Virus record (IMG/VR): IMGVR_UViG_3300029305_003072
DNA length: 64,000 bases
Strand: one strand, 5' to 3'
Origin: a virus
Lineage: Duplodnaviria > Heunggongvirae > Uroviricota > Caudoviricetes
Shown here: positions 21,455 through 30,743 of the stretch, piece by piece
Position numbering within the stretch: position 1 is the first letter of the stretch
Layout of the letters: the number at the start of each line of letters is the position of its first letter
Translations under genes and position numbers: made by a program
The notes under the pieces: generated by a model
What the model was told of the DNA's origin: nothing
What the model saw: only the letters and a program-made list of their open reading frames with translations
Databases searched by the model: none

Positions 21455-22349
21455 TTTCATTCTCCTTACTCATACACATGATTGCACCTTCGGGATTATA
21501 CTCCCAATAGCAGTTATATCTACACTTACCAGTTTGAGGTGCAGAAGTGATTGCGGATTCGATCTTGCGGACGGCATCCGCATTCTTGGGGCTGACATTG
21601 CGGGCGATATACTTGATAACCCACAGGGCAGCGGTTTCTGCGGAATTGAAATACTTGATGTCTCCACTATGCTGATCCTTACATTTAAACATCCAGCTAT
21701 GCTCGTCCGCACGAGTATTTGCTTCCCACTTAGGAACTGCATTCCACTCCTGGAACATAGTCGGAGCTTTCTTGGTCTTAGGCTTAGGCTGAGAGGGCAT
21801 TGCCAGAATAGTGGTTCTGTCCTCGGGGTGACACTTCGTTTCCAGATTCTGCACGACATTCTGAAGCATTTTTGCATCTTCCAGTGCATCGTGCTTCTGG
21901 ACCAGTTCTGTCTTAGACTGGATCAACATATATACCTTACGCAGAGCCAAATCATTCTTTACAACGAAGAACTTTTTGACCGTTGCAGCGAAGTCAATCA
22001 GATTGCCAGCAACTGCCTGGGCGCACACACAAGCGCGAGTATCTTCCATATGCTGAATGGTGTGCATCAAAAATGCTGCATCGGAATCACCATAGCAGTA
22101 ATACTCCGGAGCTTCATCATCATTGTTGGCTTCCAAGTAGTCCATAAAAGCATTGAAAGCTTCATCAGCACTAGGGGCATCTGCCAGCATTTCATTTGTA
22201 ATGCCAGTCAGCTCAGTGATGAACTTGTCGATCTTCTTCTTACCGGGCTTTACCAGCGAATAGAAAGTAGCGCCATTCTCGGCAACACAACCAATGCTGA
22301 TGATACGATTTGAGAATCGTGCTGCCTCGAAGTCCAGAAAAAATTTCAT
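21447..22349 (-). CDS. DEDDh 3'-5' exonuclease-domain protein
   Basis: LDFEA...IISIG, YGDSD and HDALEDA motifs. Confidence 0.8.
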   Translation of the reverse strand: MKFFLDFEAARFSNRIISIGCVAENGATFYSLVKPGKKKIDKFITELTGITNEMLADAPSADEAFNAFMDYLEANNDDEAPEYYCYGDSDAAFLMHTIQHMEDTRACVCAQAVAGNLIDFAATVKKFFVVKNDLALRKVYMLIQSKTELVQKHDALEDAKMLQNVVQNLETKCHPEDRTTILAMPSQPKPKTKKAPTMFQEWNAVPKWEANTRADEHSWMFKCKDQHSGDIKYFNSAETAALWVIKYIARNVSPKNADAVRKIESAITSAPQTGKCRYNCYWEYNPEGAIMCMSKENENG

Positions 22350-22453
22350 AAATATCAATTCCTTTCATTTCTTACTTTCTATATATATTATATCATATTT
22401 TTTTATAAAAATCAATAAAGACCCCTTGACACTATATCAAGGGGTCTTACGAA

Positions 22454-23356
22454 TTAGGCCATAGCTTCCTTCAACATACGAGCGCGCATAGGATTACGCA
22501 ACTTACGAATTGCCTTATTTTCCACCTGGCGAATACGCTCACGAGTAACGCCATAGTGCTTACCAACCTCTTCCAAGGTCATAGGCCTATCAGCGCCAAT
22601 ACCGAAACGCATACGCAGAATTTCGGCTTCTCTCGTAGAAAGGGTAGAGAGAACAGATTCAACGATCGCAGAATTAGCTTCCTTGATGAGATTATTCATC
22701 GGATTCTCTGCGGAATGATCGGCTACGAGATCACCGATACAAGTTTCACCCTCATCATCGACAGGGACATCGAGAGAAGTGGTAACCTGGGACATATCCA
22801 GTGCGGTCTGAACCTTATCCAAATCGATTTTGAGGTAATCCGCAATTTCCTCGTCAGTCGGCTGACGATTGGTGGCCTGCGTCAGCTCGGCAGTTGCCTT
22901 CTTGATTTTACTCAGCAACTCGACCATATTGGACGGGATACGAATGGTACGAGACTGATCGCTCAGCGCTCGGCTAATCGCCTGCCGCACCCAATAGGTA
23001 GCATATGTGGAGAAGCGGAAACCCTTAGCTCCATCATACTTTTCAGCCGCCTTAATAAGACCGAGATTGCCCTCCTGGATGAGGTCAAGAAGCGGCAGGC
23101 CGCAACCATAATATCTCTTAGCGATAGGTACGACGAGCTTCAGATTGCAGTTTACCAAACGGTTGATTGCTTCCTGGTCGCCCTGGAGTGCCAGAACGCT
23201 CAGTTCTTTTTCTTCTTCGGCAGTCAAACGAGGATGATTGCCGATAGACTTCAAATATGCCTTGACGCCATCGAGAACTACGCTGTCGTCATATGCATAC
23301 TCTTCGTTGAGTGCCTCCTGGGCCTCTTCTTCCATAATGAGAACTTCATTTTCCAT
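22454..23356 (-). CDS. RpoD/SigA-like sigma-70 factor
   Basis: DLIQEGNLGLIKAAEKYD..GFRFSTYATYWVRQAI and TLEEVGKHYGVTRERIRQVE. Confidence 0.95.
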   Translation of the reverse strand: MENEVLIMEEEAQEALNEEYAYDDSVVLDGVKAYLKSIGNHPRLTAEEEKELSVLALQGDQEAINRLVNCNLKLVVPIAKRYYGCGLPLLDLIQEGNLGLIKAAEKYDGAKGFRFSTYATYWVRQAISRALSDQSRTIRIPSNMVELLSKIKKATAELTQATNRQPTDEEIADYLKIDLDKVQTALDMSQVTTSLDVPVDDEGETCIGDLVADHSAENPMNNLIKEANSAIVESVLSTLSTREAEILRMRFGIGADRPMTLEEVGKHYGVTRERIRQVENKAIRKLRNPMRARMLKEAMA

Positions 23357-23693
23357 ATCGCATATCCTCCTCATCCCACACTCTTACATCTTCAACGATA
23401 AAATTATTCATTGCCCACCACATATGTGAGCCATTAAAGTATCTCCAATGATTTACAGTTTCAGCAACTTCTTTGGTGATACCAGTTTTCTTGTCATAGA
23501 AACGGAGAACTACCCACAATTCGGCACCACTCTTATCCTCATATTCGGACCATTGAGAAGCGATTTGTCGGACATAAAATCGACCTTTCCACAGCGGGTC
23601 ATTTTCAACATTGCGATTGATTTGACGCATAATGTCATTCATTGCTCTTTGGTGTCGCTTACGATCTTTAGATGTTAGCCAACCATATCTCAT
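23346..23693 (-). CDS. Hypothetical protein
   Basis: ORF after promoter and RBS. Confidence 0.6.
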   Translation of the reverse strand: MRYGWLTSKDRKRHQRAMNDIMRQINRNVENDPLWKGRFYVRQIASQWSEYEDKSGAELWVVLRFYDKKTGITKEVAETVNHWRYFNGSHMWWAMNNFIVEDVRVWDEEDMRYGK

Positions 23694-23793
23694 ATCGCCT
23701 TTTCCTCCTTTTCTCACTTTCTATATATATTATAACATATTTTTTTATAAAAATCAAATAAGTCCTTCCGGTCGGGAAGGACTTATCATTTAT

Positions 23794-24093
23794 TTAGTCA
23801 TCTATAAAACTGCCACTGGATAGCGTTCCAGCAGTATCTTTGGGTTCATCATCATCTTCATCGGGCCAGCACGCTCGGAAACCTTCGTTGAATCTGGCCC
23901 ATGATTCTGCATATTCTTTACGCATTTTATAATCACGAAAACGATTGATGGCATTTGTCAAATTCAAACCAAAAGCAAATCCGCAGATAGGCAGACCGGC
24001 CCAATTGGCATTGACACAATTGACGACAATGCAAAATACCATTAGTAGGGCCAGAGCAATGAATACCCAGCCCATTACCAAATCCTTTTTCAT
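23794..24093 (-). CDS. Small membrane protein
   Basis: Two hydrophobic segments. Confidence 0.5.
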   Translation of the reverse strand: MKKDLVMGWVFIALALLMVFCIVVNCVNANWAGLPICGFAFGLNLTNAINRFRDYKMRKEYAESWARFNEGFRACWPDEDDDEPKDTAGTLSSGSFIDD

Positions 24094-24214
24094 GCGGAAG
24101 CTCCCTTCAGCGCCCGGCGACACTGGAGCCACAGGCGGAAATGATTGATGGCATTATAGCCGTCCAGACTGAAAACGAACATTGCAACGGGAATGAGAAT
24201 ATTGTGTAACATAA

Positions 24215-25024
24215 TTAGCCTCCTACAAAAATTAGTTCATCAACATACTTACGATCTTCACCTTTGAGAATGGGCATCTCATTGTCAATACCCAATTCTT
24301 TAGTCCAGGCTCTGCCTCTTTTCCAGCGAGTGGGATAATCATTCCAATTGATACCACGCTTTTCATAGAGCATATCCTGGATCATATTACAACTCTTGCC
24401 CTGGAGTTCATTGTGAGAGAAGTTTGCCTGACCCACCATCTGAATAGAGTTGCGGGTAGCGTCTAACTGACGCCAGTAGATCAGATTGCAAACCTCTTCT
24501 TTTGGAATGTTGAAGCACCGAGCATCGAACATGGCAGTCCGCATTTTCTTACAATACAGCTTCCATCGTTCGCAATTTTCGGGAGAATCCCAGCTATCAG
24601 CACAGTAGCCCAGATGCTCATCAATCTTGCAGTGGTTATTTAGGAAGAAATGCACTTCTTCCATGAAGAATTTGTTGAAGGCCATAGTTGCCATAGAGGC
24701 AGCTACAGAGCAAATCTTTTGAAGTTCGTAATCGAACCAGGCATCAGTCTCAAGAGTCTGATAGTCGATTAAGATAAGGGTAATTTCATCAGATTGAGTA
24801 TATCCAAATACACAACCTTGAATATTTTTACAGAGATACTCCATAGTAGAAGCCATAGCATTACCTAACACTTCGTCAAAAGGCTTGGCGAAGCCTCGAG
24901 TGAAGGTGTGGAATGCCTTGCCGTCGATGCGAATAGCAACCGGAGTGCGTCTATATAGTTTGAATTTTGGCACTTGTTCGTAATACTGTTTCATACGAGT
25001 GCCGAGATCGTCATGCACGGGCAT
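24215..25024 (-). CDS. Thg1-like protein (tRNA-His guanylyltransferase / 3'-5' polymerase)
   Basis: RMKQYYE, IRIDGKAFHTFT, YTQSDEITL, FDAR and WRQLDATRNS motifs. Confidence 0.92.
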   Translation of the reverse strand: MPVHDDLGTRMKQYYEQVPKFKLYRRTPVAIRIDGKAFHTFTRGFAKPFDEVLGNAMASTMEYLCKNIQGCVFGYTQSDEITLILIDYQTLETDAWFDYELQKICSVAASMATMAFNKFFMEEVHFFLNNHCKIDEHLGYCADSWDSPENCERWKLYCKKMRTAMFDARCFNIPKEEVCNLIYWRQLDATRNSIQMVGQANFSHNELQGKSCNMIQDMLYEKRGINWNDYPTRWKRGRAWTKELGIDNEMPILKGEDRKYVDELIFVGG

Positions 25025-25739
25025 TGATTTTACCTCCTCTTTTCTTCTTACGCTCCGTGGCGTTGTCAATGGTTTCACGATGAATGGTAGTAATTGCAGA
25101 CATCAGACCATTCTTCAGTCTCTGGGTCAGGTTGATGGGTTCATAACCGATAACATCGGAGCAAACATTGAGATGACCCTTACGCTTCTTGCCTGCGTGG
25201 TCGTGGCCGTGGATATTGAAGAGCCAGGGAATGTCGACAGGCTCGTGGGACAGAATCAGCTTCTCGCCCACAATCAGCGCACCCTCATATACCTCATCAA
25301 ACAGCAGGTTATCAGCATATGCAACCCAGCGCTTGAAGGGTGCGTGCATCTCCCAGGACTCTTCAATACGAATGCGCCAATTGGGGAAGTTAGCTTCCAT
25401 AATTGCGCGAGCCTCGTCCATAGAAACTTTGTCCTGATCGAAAATCTTCTTCTCAACCACACGCTTGTAATTAGATGCGCCAGAGTCATGGTTACCCATG
25501 ATTAGGATCTTCCGACCGGCGCGCAACTGCCGCACGCACTCAATGTCGCCCACGTCACCCAGAATAATCAAGGTATCACGGCGACCAGCTTTTGCGTTGA
25601 TACGACGGATCTGCTCGTCGGCAGAGGGGCGATTTTTAATACCGCATTTCAGATCTTCATCATTGAAGTGAGGGTCGGAATAAATCCAAACCGTCTGTTC
25701 GCCCCAGTGCTGAAATGCATCATAAATACCAGGCAACAT
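25011..25739 (-). CDS. Metallophosphoesterase-like protein
   Basis: SDPHF, LGDVG, GNHD, SHEP and HGHDH motifs. Confidence 0.8.
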   Translation of the reverse strand: MLPGIYDAFQHWGEQTVWIYSDPHFNDEDLKCGIKNRPSADEQIRRINAKAGRRDTLIILGDVGDIECVRQLRAGRKILIMGNHDSGASNYKRVVEKKIFDQDKVSMDEARAIMEANFPNWRIRIEESWEMHAPFKRWVAYADNLLFDEVYEGALIVGEKLILSHEPVDIPWLFNIHGHDHAGKKRKGHLNVCSDVIGYEPINLTQRLKNGLMSAITTIHRETIDNATERKKKRGGKINARA

Positions 25740-25986
25740 ATCTACCCCTCCTTATCTGTAAGTTAAATTCGTAGTTTCTACATAGAGAGGAATGAAACCA
25801 AATAAGAACCAGCCTCTCCAGGTTCGTTCTCTGTGCTGACGCCAATGCTTATTGTAATGATCGGTACACCAGACATACTTTACAATCATTTTTATCAATT
25901 CCTTTCTTTCACTTTCTATATATATTATATCATATTTTTTTATAAAAATCAATAATTCCCCTATGAACGCTCATAGGGGAATTATT

Positions 25987-26274
25987 TTACCAGTCAATAT
26001 CTTCAATATCGTTATCAATAGAACTCTTTTTCTTCTTCTGCTTTTCTTTGAAATAGTCGTCTACTTCTATACAGAAGTCACTCAAATCCATACAGTTAGT
26101 ATCTCGCCAGAATTGAATAACCTTCATTCCAAGAGGAACAAATGCGAAAGCAAATACCGCCCATACGAGAGCCCAACTAATGAGAGAGAGTAGCCAGATT
26201 ACAAACATCAGAGCCAAGCCCGCAAACGCAGACAAAGCAACAGAAATTGTATAATCTCTTCCGTTCATTACCAC
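25987..26274 (-). CDS. Small membrane protein
   Basis: Hydrophobic N-terminal half. Confidence 0.55.
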   Translation of the reverse strand: MVMNGRDYTISVALSAFAGLALMFVIWLLSLISWALVWAVFAFAFVPLGMKVIQFWRDTNCMDLSDFCIEVDDYFKEKQKKKKSSIDNDIEDIDW

Positions 26275-26425
26275 ACCTCCTTACTTATACGCAACCAATC
26301 GGGGTTACACATTGCAACCTCATAGTGGTCATCTTCTGGATCGGTGGAGTAAAATACTTCATGAATTGCGAGTTGAATACTTGCAATATAGTTTTCTAAT
26401 TCATCCTCATCAATATCTTTGATTT

Positions 26426-27319
26426 TTATGACGAGATTGATGGGGACACGGAACTCAACCATGCTTGACCCTCCTCACTGTTTTCCCAAATACTCATATA
26501 GGGACTCTTGGGTAGCCACCACTCTTTGATATAGGTTTTTCCACCATGATACCGATTCCACACGACTTCCATATCTTCATAGTCCATATAGAACTGCTCA
26601 ACACAGGGCCGCTCAACCCGATCTGCGTGATAATGGCCGAAGCACCATACACTCCAAGAGCACCGATCCTTAATATCATCAAGGAAGGTTTCCATAAACT
26701 TATCAACCTGGCTCTGGTCGATACCACCAAGGAACAGGTCAGTGGGTTCCCAAGAGAGGGGGCAAGTATGAGTCAAAATAAAATCATAATGCCGACCAAT
26801 GACTTTGTCCCAAATATCAGCCACTTCTGCGGCAGTAAGCTGCTCGTCCTTGAACCAACCACACTTCTTAGGATTTGCGGTTTCCGCCTCTTCGGGCGCA
26901 TAACCGGCCCGCGCAAGCCGATACCATTTGTCAATGGAATAAGCACCGCCAATAACCAGAGCAGAGTGCTCACCAAACCAGTACTCTTCGCCATCAATCA
27001 AATATTGGATATTTTCAAAACTTGGGTCAAGGTATACCAAACCTTTTACTTCGGGGTCATAGTCTAGCTCATAGCCCAGATTTTCGGGCCGCTCTTCGTG
27101 GTTACCCCGAACGCAGTAGATATGATAACCCTGACTATTTAGAAGCTTTTTATACTTCTTGTCTGTGTTATTGAGATAGAAGTTCAGACCGGCATCACCA
27201 AGAATGATAATACCAGTTTCTTCGGGAATACAATCCATATTCCGATTGATATTGCCTACCCGGGAGATAGTAGCCATACCGCCATGAGTATCGCCGGTCA
27301 AAATCCATTTCTTAATCAT
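26426..27319 (-). CDS. Metallophosphoesterase
   Basis: GDTHG, LGDAG, RGNHE, THTCP and GHYH motifs. Confidence 0.85.
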   Translation of the reverse strand: MIKKWILTGDTHGGMATISRVGNINRNMDCIPEETGIIILGDAGLNFYLNNTDKKYKKLLNSQGYHIYCVRGNHEERPENLGYELDYDPEVKGLVYLDPSFENIQYLIDGEEYWFGEHSALVIGGAYSIDKWYRLARAGYAPEEAETANPKKCGWFKDEQLTAAEVADIWDKVIGRHYDFILTHTCPLSWEPTDLFLGGIDQSQVDKFMETFLDDIKDRCSWSVWCFGHYHADRVERPCVEQFYMDYEDMEVVWNRYHGGKTYIKEWWLPKSPYMSIWENSEEGQAWLSSVSPSISS

Positions 27320-27575
27320 ATCTTGGTGCCTCCTTTCTATCAGAGCTCCACATTACTTCAATCCAAATGGTGAGGTCCATATCGCCATGCCACTCATAAC
27401 GTTCTACAACATCACCAAGGTAATAATTATCACCATCGCCACTGACTAACTCTTCGCCAGTCCAAATGGCGAAACCAAAGAGCATATCTTCTTCATCGTC
27501 CATTTTAGGAGCATTACAACGATATTCAACTTTTACCTTTTTACCCGCAGGCAATAAATCTCGTAAGTACAACAT
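27312..27575 (-). CDS. Hypothetical protein
   Basis: ORF after promoter. Confidence 0.55.
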   Translation of the reverse strand: MLYLRDLLPAGKKVKVEYRCNAPKMDDEEDMLFGFAIWTGEELVSGDGDNYYLGDVVERYEWHGDMDLTIWIEVMWSSDRKEAPRYD

Positions 27576-27662
27576 CTTATATTACCTCACTTTCTATAAA
27601 TATTATAACATATTTTTTTATAAAAATCAAAAAATGGGAGCCATTACTGGCTCCCAATATAA

Positions 27663-27959
27663 TTATATAGAATCTATGACTTGATCGAAACAGGGTGACG
27701 GATCTTCGATAATGTACTCAGCTTTACGAAGATTGTTATTTTTCATATATTCCCAATAGTTAAGAGCCATTTCGGTCTCTCGTCTAGATTTTTCAGCCTC
27801 TTCTGCTCGTTTAGTGCGCTCACCGCTTACATATAGCGACAGAGCCTGCTTGATGAGGCATTCACCGGCGCCATCCGCAGCTAACGCACATTCTTCTCCC
27901 AGACAGGGTATCTCTTGGGCGTACTATTTTGCATATGACATTAGAGGACAATAATTCAT
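27663..27959 (-). CDS. Cys-rich hypothetical protein with one in-frame TAG
   Basis: MNYCPLMSYAK(TAG 27924)YAQEIPCLGEECA..., TAA 27663. Confidence 0.6.
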
Positions 27960-28834
27960 ACTTTTAGCTCCTTTTCAACAGCGATTTTCATAATGTTGTA
28001 AGAAACATCCTCTAACAGCTCCCGCATCGCAGGGTCTTCTTGGTTGGGAGTTTTCTCACAGAATTCATCGGCAATTTCAGAGGTGTGAGCGAGATACTTA
28101 TCAGCATCCACTCTGGCCTGTGCCAACGGGATTTTATGGAGCTTATAGTCCATAATAAGCGGCACCAACTCACCGGTCGGCCGCAAGCAACTTTCGTAGC
28201 TTTCGCCAGCGATATAGCGAGTCAGATAATCGTCAACACGAATCTGATGAGAGGTTTGCTTGCCATCATAGCCATATTTCTCGATAAGATCTATCTTACT
28301 GGGGTATCTCTTCTCCATTGCGTGGTACTTCTCAAGAGCGATACCTTTCATAGACTTTACGGCTCTGTGAGGGTTCATATGAGCGATTGCCTCTCGCTGC
28401 TCCACCAGCCGCATCCACTGGTCGTAATACATAGAGTTGATTACGAAGTAGGGAGTAAACAGAATTTCAAGGAAGTTGAGGTTCTGTGAACGGAAAGTAT
28501 CCATATACAGACGCACATCTTTCCAGTCAGTATGCTCGTCGTTTGCGCGCACATAAGTAGTAGAAATAGGTTTGCGGTTTAAGCAAATATCTTTGAAACT
28601 GGGTACTACGATTAACTTAGTGTCTACATCAGAGCCATCATAGTCCAGACCGTAGTTCTGGCTACCCTGTAAAAAACAGCCTACAATCTGCTCTCTTGGA
28701 AAATGCTCCAAAGCTTCTTGATAATGTTCGTTTACTCGGTATAGAATAATACCGTCGTGAATCTCTTGGGGACTGGCAGTATAGGGATTTGCAACCACCT
28801 GCTCCAAAGGAATTTCCTTATAGCCGAAGGGCAT
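27956..28834 (-). CDS. Pol-beta-superfamily nucleotidyltransferase
   Basis: GSQNYGLDYDGSDVD (GS...DxD) and NLNFLEIL. Confidence 0.75.
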   Translation of the reverse strand: MPFGYKEIPLEQVVANPYTASPQEIHDGIILYRVNEHYQEALEHFPREQIVGCFLQGSQNYGLDYDGSDVDTKLIVVPSFKDICLNRKPISTTYVRANDEHTDWKDVRLYMDTFRSQNLNFLEILFTPYFVINSMYYDQWMRLVEQREAIAHMNPHRAVKSMKGIALEKYHAMEKRYPSKIDLIEKYGYDGKQTSHQIRVDDYLTRYIAGESYESCLRPTGELVPLIMDYKLHKIPLAQARVDADKYLAHTSEIADEFCEKTPNQEDPAMRELLEDVSYNIMKIAVEKELKV

Positions 28835-29585
28835 ATCAACCCCTCCTTTCTCAATCGCTATCTGCGCGATATAATTTTAGTTCAAAAGTATGTCCGCAGT
28901 AATATAATACCAGGACAAAATCATAGTCATAATGGGAGAAATAAATCCAACAATCATGTTGCCAACCATTATCTTCGGATTCATCATCATCCCAACCCAT
29001 ATCTCGTAATGCGTCAATGAGATTTGCGGGACAGACATCGAGATGGGTAAAATTTTCTTCGTAGGACTTCTCACGACTTAGTCTGACAATTGCTGCGGAC
29101 AGCTCTTGTTTCCACTTTGCCATTTCCCAGTCCATCATATTCCATTTGCCTCTCATTATTCCATCACCTTTACACACTGGCGCCAGTGGCGTTTGCCACA
29201 AAAAGGACATTTTACATAAGCGTGACCGCTAATATGATTATGGAATAAGGTAAAAAACCATTGCCAAAAGCCAATCGTAAAATTGGAATTACAATCTTGG
29301 CAATGAAAAGTTGTTGTATTTTTATAATACTTTTTCAAAAAATTCATTATCCTACCTCCTTAATAGAAAGAATAACAATGCTCCAAGGGTCATGTTTTGC
29401 TTCCAGTTGCCGTTGTACGTCAGCCAATCCTCTGGCTTTTACATAGCAAGCCAAGGTTTCTACACAAAAACCGATACGTTTATAAACAACATAGTAGGTT
29501 GTTTTACTATGTAATAGGGTAATGCAAAAAATTACAGGAGCAGAAATAAGAAGTGCGAATAAAATAAATCCAATCCAGCCACTCA

Positions 29586-29897
29586 TTATCTTACCTCCAC
29601 CCAGCCATTACGCTGAATAATGGCACGCATATTCGCAACACCAACCGGATTCATAGAGTGAATGCGAATGGGATAATTGCGACCGGTCTCCTCAAGCCAG
29701 TCAAGCAGCTTGATATAGTCGCCACCCTGCTGAGCATAAACTCCAGCATCATGGTCGATATCAATAAGTTCAATGGGAAAATCTTTATTTACCACGGGGT
29801 CGCAAATAATTCTCTTTGCTTCACTAACGCTTCTCACCCAGTAATATCCGGCCGGAGCGGAGCGCACATCATCAATCCACAGCTTCATCGCATTCAC
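29586..29897 (-). CDS. Cyclic-phosphate-processing receiver-like (REC) domain protein
   Basis: KLWIDDVR, IDIDHDAG and RIHSMNPVG motifs. Confidence 0.65.
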   Translation of the reverse strand: MNAMKLWIDDVRSAPAGYYWVRSVSEAKRIICDPVVNKDFPIELIDIDHDAGVYAQQGGDYIKLLDWLEETGRNYPIRIHSMNPVGVANMRAIIQRNGWVEVR

Positions 29898-30064
29898 TCT
29901 CCTTTACTAATAATCTTGTTCTTCCCGGTTGTGACAATATCGGAACATAACGCCAACCCGATAATGTGAAATTATCGGGCTCTTTCCTCATTAAACCATC
30001 TCGCACAGCTTTTTCTAACTGCAAATGCCATTTCCAGGCTTCAGAAGTAATCAACGGTGCGTAT

Positions 30065-30640
30065 TTAGGCATTTTGCATCAGCCTTTCATATGCTTCTTT
30101 ACTCTCTTGGCGCATATCGTCAATCCAGTCCCACTCTGCGTGGCACCAGTAACGAGCACCATCATCATACTCGATAACAATGGCAACAGGATGGCGCATC
30201 GGCAGACCAATTCGAGGAGGCGCAGGATCGACAATGCCGATAATGAAGAAATCTTCATCCAAAAGCTCAATCAGCTGCTCTTCCCAAGTAGTCTGAATCC
30301 AACCGTTCCACATCTCGTGGCGAGCTTCACCAACCTGATACATATCATTATGCAGACCCATTAGATTCAGCTGATTGCGGCTTTGGCTCATATCTACGGC
30401 AGACTTATACCATGCATCACGCTCTTGCCAGGTCAAAGCTTGTCGGAAATAGGCAACCTTATCCATGTCTACAGGATTGCGGCCCCACTCACGAGCGATG
30501 CCATCTTCACCGACTTCGATATCCACAAAATGAGCCGTACGAGTGCCATTTGAATTTTTATGACCTTCGTAACCCTTATAATGATCTCCTGGCTTCATAT
30601 CCTTGGGGTCAATCAGTTTATACTCTGGCGGTTTCATATA
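30065..30640 (-). CDS. Hypothetical protein
   Basis: ORF after promoter. Confidence 0.6.
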   Translation of the reverse strand, partial: YMKPPEYKLIDPKDMKPGDHYKGYEGHKNSNGTRTAHFVDIEVGEDGIAREWGRNPVDMDKVAYFRQALTWQERDAWYKSAVDMSQSRNQLNLMGLHNDMYQVGEARHEMWNGWIQTTWEEQLIELLDEDFFIIGIVDPAPPRIGLPMRHPVAIVIEYDDGARYWCHAEWDWIDDMRQESKEAYERLMQNA

Positions 30641-30743
30641 TGTCAATCCCTTTCTTTTCTTATTCTTTACATATATATTATATCATATTTTTTTATAAAA
30701 ATCAAAAAAGGGGTGGATTGCTCCACCCCTTGGGAATATTCAA

